A stretch of DNA of 64,000 bases from an uncultured Candidatus Altimarinota bacterium (GTDB taxonomy: Bacteria; Patescibacteriota; Gracilibacteria; BD1-5; UBA2023), in NCBI GenBank assembly GCA_938036655.1, contig CALHQS010000038.1:1024-65023 (forward strand), written 5' to 3'. Positions 58,648 through 64,000 of the stretch are shown here, in pieces. The notes beneath the pieces were generated by a model that worked only from the letters and a program-made list of their open reading frames with translations, did no database searches and was not told the DNA's origin. The position numbers were made by a program, and so were the translations under genes. Position 1 is the first letter of the stretch; each line of letters opens with the position of its first letter.

Positions 58648-59199
58648 ATGTCTCGAATTGGAAAACAGCCAATTACTATTCCTGCTGGAGTGACTGTAGA
58701 AATCACGCCAGAAGCAGTAGTTGCAAAAAATGCGAAACATACACTTACTGTACCAGTACTTGAAGGTGTTCGCGTTGAGCAGGCTGATAATATACTTAAA
58801 GTTTCTATTGAAAATCAGGAAGTAAAACAACAAAAAGCTTTTTGGGGTCTTACTCGTTCTTTGATTCAGAATATGATGGTGGGACTTTCTGAAGGTTACA
58901 AAAAGTCTCTTGAAATCGTCGGGGTTGGTTACAAATTTGATGTAAAAGGCCCTCAGAAAATGGAACTTTCTCTTGGTTTCTCTCATAAAGTACCAGTAGA
59001 AGCTCCAGAAGGAATTACTATCGAAGTAGATAAGGATAATAAAAATATTATTCACCTTTCTTCTCACGACAAGCAACTCCTTGGTTATTTTGCAGCCTAT
59101 GTTCGCTCACTCAAGAAACCTGAACCTTACAAAGGAAAGGGTATTCGATATGTTGGTGAATATATTCGTCGTAAAGCTGGGAAAACGGCCGGAAAATAA
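58648..59199 (+). CDS. rplF: 50S ribosomal protein L6
   Basis: MSRIGKQPITIPAGV...PEPYKGKGIRY. Confidence 0.9.
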   Translation: MSRIGKQPITIPAGVTVEITPEAVVAKNAKHTLTVPVLEGVRVEQADNILKVSIENQEVKQQKAFWGLTRSLIQNMMVGLSEGYKKSLEIVGVGYKFDVKGPQKMELSLGFSHKVPVEAPEGITIEVDKDNKNIIHLSSHDKQLLGYFAAYVRSLKKPEPYKGKGIRYVGEYIRRKAGKTAGK

Positions 59200-59232
59200 A
59201 AAGTCTATTCATTATCTTAATTATTCGTTTTT

Positions 59233-59574
59233 ATGCTTAAAAAAGTACAAAACCGTCTTAAGCGAGCACATAAAGTGCGTTCTCGAATTCAGACTTCTGA
59301 AAGTCGTTTTCGTCTTTCAGTTTTCCGAAGTAATACGCATATCTATGCTCAGCTTATTGACGATATCAATTCTGTAACCATCTGTTCAGCAAGTGATCTA
59401 AAAGTTACTTCTGGAAATAAATCAGAAAGAGCCGCAGAAGTAGGAAATATGATCGCAAAAGCGATGCTTGATAAAGGCATTAAAACTTGCGTATTTGATC
59501 GTGGAGGATATCTTTACCATGGTCGCGTAAAAGTTCTTGCGGAAGCGGTTCGCGAAGCGGGAATTGCATTTTAA
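59233..59574 (+). CDS. rplR: 50S ribosomal protein L18
   Basis: RLSVFRSNTHIYAQLIDD...FDRGGYLYHGRVKVLAEAVREAG. Confidence 0.9.
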   Translation: MLKKVQNRLKRAHKVRSRIQTSESRFRLSVFRSNTHIYAQLIDDINSVTICSASDLKVTSGNKSERAAEVGNMIAKAMLDKGIKTCVFDRGGYLYHGRVKVLAEAVREAGIAF

Positions 59575-59594
59575 TTATCTTTCTTCTATTTAAT

Positions 59595-60218
59595 ATGTCA
59601 GATACTCCAAAAACTCCAGAGACAGAAGTAGTTGAAGCTGAAACAGTAACAACAGAAGTGACTCAGGAGACACAAAAAACTCAAGAAAATACTTCTGAAA
59701 AAGGTCGTGGAAGCCGTAAGCCTCGCCGAAATGACCGTAGAGGAATTCGTGAGGAAGTGAAGGAATTTCAGGAAGAAATTCTTGCAATTGACCGCGTAAC
59801 TCGTGTAACTGCTGGTGGACGCCAACTTCGTTTCCGAGTGTCTATGGTAATTGGCGACGGAAAAGGTCGTGTTGGTCTTGGTATTGGAAAGGCTGGTGAA
59901 GTTCAGGGTGCTATCGAAAAAGCTCTTCGAGATGCTCGTAAAAACCTCATTACTTTCCCTATCGTAGATGGAACGATTGCACACGATGTGACTGCAAACT
60001 TCAAATCAAGTGCGATTTTCATTCATCCAGCGCACCCAGGTACTGGTATTATTGCTGGTGGTTCTGCTCGTAAAGTTTTCGCAGTTGCAGGTCTTAAAGA
60101 TGTGATTGCAAAACAACACGGGGCACCAAACACTATTACAAATACTCGCGTGACTTTGAAGGCTCTTCAGTCTCTCAAACCATCTTCACTTACTCGCTCG
60201 TTTAGCAAAGCAAAATAA
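59595..60218 (+). CDS. rpsE: 30S ribosomal protein S5 with a T/E/Q-rich N-terminal extension of about 50 aa
   Basis: It has the S5 core (VTRVTAGGRQLRFRVSMVIGDGKGRVGLGIGKA...). The N-terminus MSDTPKTPETEVVEAETVTTEVTQETQKTQEN is low-complexity. Confidence 0.9.
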   Translation: MSDTPKTPETEVVEAETVTTEVTQETQKTQENTSEKGRGSRKPRRNDRRGIREEVKEFQEEILAIDRVTRVTAGGRQLRFRVSMVIGDGKGRVGLGIGKAGEVQGAIEKALRDARKNLITFPIVDGTIAHDVTANFKSSAIFIHPAHPGTGIIAGGSARKVFAVAGLKDVIAKQHGAPNTITNTRVTLKALQSLKPSSLTRSFSKAK

Positions 60219-60249
60219 TTTTGCAAACGCATTTTAACTCTCTATTTTT

Positions 60250-60708
60250 ATGGCAAATCTTTCAACAATTGCTCCAAACCGTGGTTCACAAACTCGAAAG
60301 ACTCGTCTTGCGCGAGGTCGTGGATCAGGTGTTGGTGGAACTTCTGGTCGTGGTATGAAAGGGCAGAATTCTCGTACAGGAAAAGGAAAGCGTTATCCAA
60401 CTTTTGAAGGTGGACAGACTCGCCTTTTCATGAGAACACCAAAGCGTCGTGGATTTACAGCGTATAATCCTGAAGAATTTGTAATCGTGAATCTTGATCA
60501 GATTGAAAAATTGGCTCAGGATGGTGTTACAACAGTGGATTACGCAGTACTTTATGAACGACGAGTTATCCGTGAAAAAGGAAAACTTTTGAAAGTTCTT
60601 GGACGTGGTACTCTTACAGCCAAGGTTACTGTAACAGCTGATGCGGCTTCTGCTTCTGCAAAAGTAGCTATCGAAAAGGCTGGCGGATCTCTTTCTATCG
60701 CTGAATAA
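60250..60708 (+). CDS. rplO: 50S ribosomal protein L15 (last gene of the operon)
   Basis: RLARGRGSGVGGTSGRGMKGQNSR. It is followed directly by a terminator. Confidence 0.9.
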   Translation: MANLSTIAPNRGSQTRKTRLARGRGSGVGGTSGRGMKGQNSRTGKGKRYPTFEGGQTRLFMRTPKRRGFTAYNPEEFVIVNLDQIEKLAQDGVTTVDYAVLYERRVIREKGKLLKVLGRGTLTAKVTVTADAASASAKVAIEKAGGSLSIAE

Positions 60709-60710
60709 GG

Positions 60711-60738
60711 AAAATCTCGAGAAATCGAGATTTTTTTA
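60711..60738 (+). terminator. terminator of the ribosomal protein operon
   Basis: TCTCGA-GAAA-TCGAGA followed by TTTTTTTATT. Confidence 0.75.
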
Positions 60739-60749
60739 TTACAAAAATA

Positions 60750-60786
60750 TTTTAAAAACCCCACTGAATTAGTGAGGTTTTTTTGC
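60750..60786 (-). terminator. terminator of the convergent membrane-protein pair
   Basis: Minus-strand CCTCACT-AATTC-AGTGGGG followed by TTTTTAAAATATTTTT. The hairpin includes the TAA stop. Confidence 0.6.
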
Positions 60787-61245
60787 TTGACAAGTGGTGA
60801 GATTTTTGAGGAGTTGGTATAATCCAAAAAGAAGAATAATAATTCCAAGAATTTTTAGTTCTAGCCCGCCGTAGGGGAAATATTTGGCAAGTGTATTCGC
60901 AAAAACACTAGCTCCAAGAGGAATGAGGAGTGAAGACCCACAACAGACGCTTCCGGAGATGAGAACTCCAATAATTCCCCCAAGAAATCCTGTACTATCG
61001 CCCTTGTAGGAGAGTTTTCCGAACATTATACTCCGAAATATCCATGCAGTAATAAAAAGCGAAAAGAGAAAAATATTAATAATAGACGCAGCGGTATCAA
61101 TAGAGGCTTGAACGGCGCCATAATTCCCGAACATAAGCTTAATATCTGTAAAATACCACCAGAGCGCTCCAAAAAATAAAACCAAGGCAATATACCCAAA
61201 AATATATTTTTTTTGAGAAAAAATGAGTTTGAGATTTGTAAACAT
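60769..61245 (-). CDS. polytopic membrane protein (158 aa) with a GSVCCGSS motif, hypothetical
   Basis: ATG 61245 lies 8 nt after the upstream TAA. It has 4 to 5 TM helices. The track start at 61323 overlaps the previous gene. Confidence 0.5.
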   Translation of the reverse strand: MFTNLKLIFSQKKYIFGYIALVLFFGALWWYFTDIKLMFGNYGAVQASIDTAASIINIFLFSLFITAWIFRSIMFGKLSYKGDSTGFLGGIIGVLISGSVCCGSSLLIPLGASVFANTLAKYFPYGGLELKILGIIILLFGLYQLLKNLTTCQAKKPH

Positions 61246-61253
61246 AAAAAGAA

Positions 61254-61625
61254 TTAATCGAGAGCCTGAAACATTACTTCCACGCAGGCTAGTGTTGCTA
61301 GTCCAGTGAGCGTAATGTGCCATTCTTGAATATTATAAAGTGACAAAACCATAAAAAAAATCGTCGTAAGCGCGAGCAGAATGGCTTGGCGAATACTTGC
61401 GCTCATTGTTGAAAGATTGACATCGCCTCGATAGTATACTTTTTTCAGAAAAAAAATCAGTGGCACCAAAAGACTTGCAACCATCAGAAAAAGTCCAATT
61501 CCCATCAGAGTGAGCGAGCGAGTTGGGTGCGGAATGGGATTCATATAAAAGAACAAAAGCCCAACCGACGCACTACTTGCGAGAAAAATAAACATTATCA
61601 CAAAAAGATAAAATCGAATTGACAT
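61254..61625 (-). CDS. polytopic membrane protein (123 aa), hypothetical
   Basis: Intact ORF with 4 hydrophobic helices and a TAA stop. Confidence 0.5.
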   Translation of the reverse strand: MSIRFYLFVIMFIFLASSASVGLLFFYMNPIPHPTRSLTLMGIGLFLMVASLLVPLIFFLKKVYYRGDVNLSTMSASIRQAILLALTTIFFMVLSLYNIQEWHITLTGLATLACVEVMFQALD

Positions 61626-61697
61626 ATTTTTGACAAAAGAACAAAGTTACGCTAAAATAACTATATCATTGTACTTATTTTTTAAAAAATCTCAAAT

Positions 61698-62240
61698 ATG
61701 AAGGCGAAAAAAGTGAGCGAACTTGGATTCTTCTTACGATTGAAAAATTTTCTCCAAACAAAGCAGTTTCAGTTTGGTCTTTCGGCTGTTGCTTGTGCCT
61801 TTGTTATGGCTTTTTCGTTTATTGGTTTTTCTCGATTGGAAATGAATGGAAATTCTCTGCTTGCATCTGTAGCGAATTCGGGCAACAATCCTTCAAAAAA
61901 CTCTCATTTTGAAGCTGATTTGGTATTGAAGGATGTTGGCAATGGATTTGAGCTTATCGCGTGAAAATCAATGGAAAAAGTCGATTTTGTAGAATGAGTG
62001 ATTGCCTTTGATCCCAATTCTGGACTTTTAATTTCCTCAGAATGAGCAGATATTGAACTGACAGAGCTAGCGCCAGGAATGTATCGTTTTATTATTCAAA
62101 TGCATCAAAAAAATATTGAAAATTGAACGATAATTGCCCGTTTTTCAAAAAACGAACAATTATCGACCCATATTACTTTTATCGATACGCAATTTGTTTC
62201 TGAGAATATTCGTTACAATCTTTCCAATATTGTGAAGTAG
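61698..62240 (+). CDS. hypothetical protein with an N-terminal TM anchor (180 aa, 4 in-frame TGA)
   Basis: Track ORF 61698-61964 continues in frame across 4 TGAs to TAG 62238-62240. Confidence 0.5.
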
Positions 62241-62263
62241 TTGCAAAAAAAGTTTTTTTCGAT

Positions 62264-62290
62264 AAAATACCGCTCATTGCGGTATTTTTT
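62264..62290 (+). terminator. terminator after 61698-62240
   Basis: AAAATACCGC-TCAT-TGCGGTATTTTTT. Confidence 0.7.
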
Positions 62291-62312
62291 ATTTATCAAA
62301 TATTTTTTAAAT

Positions 62313-63746
62313 ATGAAAAAACATGAAATTCTTGAAAATGTCAAGATTGAAAAATTAGTTTTTGGTGGAACTGGGCTTGCAACCGCGGAAGATGGCAGGA
62401 AAATTCTCATTTCTGGCGGGGTGATTCCTGAGGCAATTGTCGATATCCGTATTTTAAAAATCAAAAAAAATCATATCGAGGCGCAAGTGGTTCGAACGGT
62501 GCAAAAATCCCCATTTGAACGCGAAATTCCTGAAAATTGGCAATTGTATGGAGGTTGTAAATGGCTGCCGATTCCGTATGAAAAACAGCTTGAGATCAAG
62601 GAAAATCAAATCAAAGAAGCATTTTTTCACATTCAGGATCGAGTGAAAAATGCCACATTTCACCCAATTATTGCGTCCGTTGAGACTGAACATTATCGCA
62701 ATAAAGTGGAATTTTCTTGGGGGAAATATATTTCCGCGAGAGAAAATATTCATGACGAATATCGCTTTGGATTTCACTTGCCAGGCGCTTTTGATCGCAT
62801 TGAAAATTGTCGTTATTGTGTTTTGGCGGACGAAGAAATCAATGCTATTTTCCACGAAGTTGATGCTATTGCGAGAAATTCAGATTTTCCAACTTATGAC
62901 CCGAAAACGCAGATTGGTTTTTGGCGTCATCTTGTGATCCGTAAGGCAAAATACACGAATGAAATTATGATTATTTTTTCGGTAAATGGATTGTTCGGCG
63001 AGACAAGAAATGCAAAAAATATTCTTATGGATGATTTTTGTACAGATATCGCTCAAAAATTGTCCGAAAAATTTCCAAATATTGTCTCTATTTTTGTGCT
63101 TGAAAATACTGGAAAAGCTGATATTGTGGCGGGCGACGCGAAACATATTTTTGGAAAACTTTCAATTACGGAAAAATTATTTGATTTTTCTTTTGAAATT
63201 CAACCGAAAAGTTTTTTTCAGGTCAATACATTTACAGCAGAAAAATTGTATCAATGCGCGATTGATTTTTTGACTGCCAAAGAAAATTCTACGGCAAAAG
63301 ATGGGATTTTGCTTGATCTATATGCAGGAACCGGAACGATTGGAATGTTGTTGTCCAAATATTTTCGAGAGGTGTATTCTGTGGAACTTGTGACTTCTGC
63401 GAGCCAAGATGGTGAAAAAAATGCGTTCAAAAATGGCGTAAAAAATATGCATTTTATCAATCAAAAAGTGGAGGATTTTGCGGCTGATTTTGCTCTGAAC
63501 AATCTTTCGGCGCATTCGATTGTTGTAGATCCGCCTCGTGATGGGCTTCATCCATCAGCCATTGAAAATATTCTGAATTTTGCGACGAATGAGATTATTT
63601 ATGTTTCGTGTAATCCTGCGACGCTTGTGCGCGATTTGGAATTGATGACGGCTACAGAAAAATACGAAATTACTGATATTCGTGCTGTTGATATGTTTCC
63701 TCACACTCATCATATCGAGACGGTCGTTCGTTTGGCGAAAAAATAA
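62313..63746 (+). CDS. RNA (uracil-5-)-methyltransferase, TrmA/RumA (RlmD-like) family
   Basis: MKKHEIL start (the terminator lies inside the longer track ORF). It has a TRAM-like N-terminus, the SAM motif LLDLYAGTGTIG, VVDPPRDG and YVSCNPATLVRD. Confidence 0.85.
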   Translation: MKKHEILENVKIEKLVFGGTGLATAEDGRKILISGGVIPEAIVDIRILKIKKNHIEAQVVRTVQKSPFEREIPENWQLYGGCKWLPIPYEKQLEIKENQIKEAFFHIQDRVKNATFHPIIASVETEHYRNKVEFSWGKYISARENIHDEYRFGFHLPGAFDRIENCRYCVLADEEINAIFHEVDAIARNSDFPTYDPKTQIGFWRHLVIRKAKYTNEIMIIFSVNGLFGETRNAKNILMDDFCTDIAQKLSEKFPNIVSIFVLENTGKADIVAGDAKHIFGKLSITEKLFDFSFEIQPKSFFQVNTFTAEKLYQCAIDFLTAKENSTAKDGILLDLYAGTGTIGMLLSKYFREVYSVELVTSASQDGEKNAFKNGVKNMHFINQKVEDFAADFALNNLSAHSIVVDPPRDGLHPSAIENILNFATNEIIYVSCNPATLVRDLELMTATEKYEITDIRAVDMFPHTHHIETVVRLAKK

Positions 63747-63809
63747 TTTTTATTTGTGAAATCGTCAAAAAGTGCTATAATATTCCTGCTATTTTTTAAC
63801 TATACAATT

Positions 63810-64000
63810 ATGAAAAAATTTCTAACGGCGCTCGCGGCTGGATACGTGATTGGAGTGGGACTTTTGATGAAAAAGCGAAAAGACGAGGGAAAATCGAAAC
63901 TTGCGGACGATGCTTCTAAGACAACGCTTGAAAATGTGGTTGACGAAATCGTAGATTTGCACAAATCAGCTTTTGAAGATATCAAAAACTTTATTCACAC
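63810..64000 (+). CDS. hypothetical membrane-anchored protein, 5' part only (runs off the window end)
   Basis: ATG 63810, MKKFLTALAAGYVIGVGLLMKKRK... The frame is open to the window edge. Confidence 0.4.
   Translation, partial: MKKFLTALAAGYVIGVGLLMKKRKDEGKSKLADDASKTTLENVVDEIVDLHKSAFEDIKNFIH

Overview
Two different kinds of DNA are joined in this window.

**Left segment (1 to about 4.1 kb).** This part is very AT-rich and is read with the standard genetic code. It carries:
- a partial membrane glycosyltransferase-like gene;
- an HD-domain dGTPase;
- tRNA-Thr(GGU);
- a small ORFan;
- an RqcH/FbpA gene that stops abruptly after its N-terminal 281 codons.

**Right segment (4.15 to 64 kb).** From about 4.15 kb onward the sequence looks like a reduced CPR genome of the Gracilibacteria/Absconditabacteria type, in which TGA encodes glycine (table 25). 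In-frame TGA falls on invariant Gly positions of glyA, rpsC, rpsS, rsmE, rlmH, sufB, sufC and the S41 peptidase. The supplied table-11 ORF track therefore splits about 25 genes, which I re-joined by hand. Coordinates include stop codons.

**Housekeeping genes in the right segment:**
- ctp, glyA, comEC-like, lgt, rny, sufCB, rsmE and rlmH;
- two tRNA operons (Thr, Tyr, Val / Arg, Leu) plus tRNA-His;
- rpmE, a secY detached from the ribosomal operon, ssb, rpsA, rpsU and efp;
- fmt, HIT, rnr, NUDIX, secF and rlmD-like;
- a 19-gene ribosomal protein operon from rplC to rplO, without rpsJ, rpmD or secY.

**Most interesting content:**
1. An SLH-anchored S-layer gene with a roughly 0.6 kb leader.
2. 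A promoter-to-terminator unit of about 430 nt with no ORF, which is a candidate structured RNA I could not classify.
3. An island of giant TGA-rich ORFan proteins (833, 724, 296 and 864 aa) flanking a monocistronic ssb.
4. Dispersed type-IV-secretion-like modules: a signal-peptide protein made of three tandem VirB2/TrbC-like hairpins, an 809-aa VirD4/TraD-like ATPase, a secreted ORFan, and a separate PrgI/VirB3-like gene plus a stand-alone VirB4-N-domain-like gene.
5. Peptidoglycan-binding proteins and a sortase.

Transcription units are delimited by near-consensus sigma-70-like promoters and a very uniform family of AAAAATCCC-loop-GGGATTTTTT terminators. All assignments come from reading motifs by eye; no database search was run.
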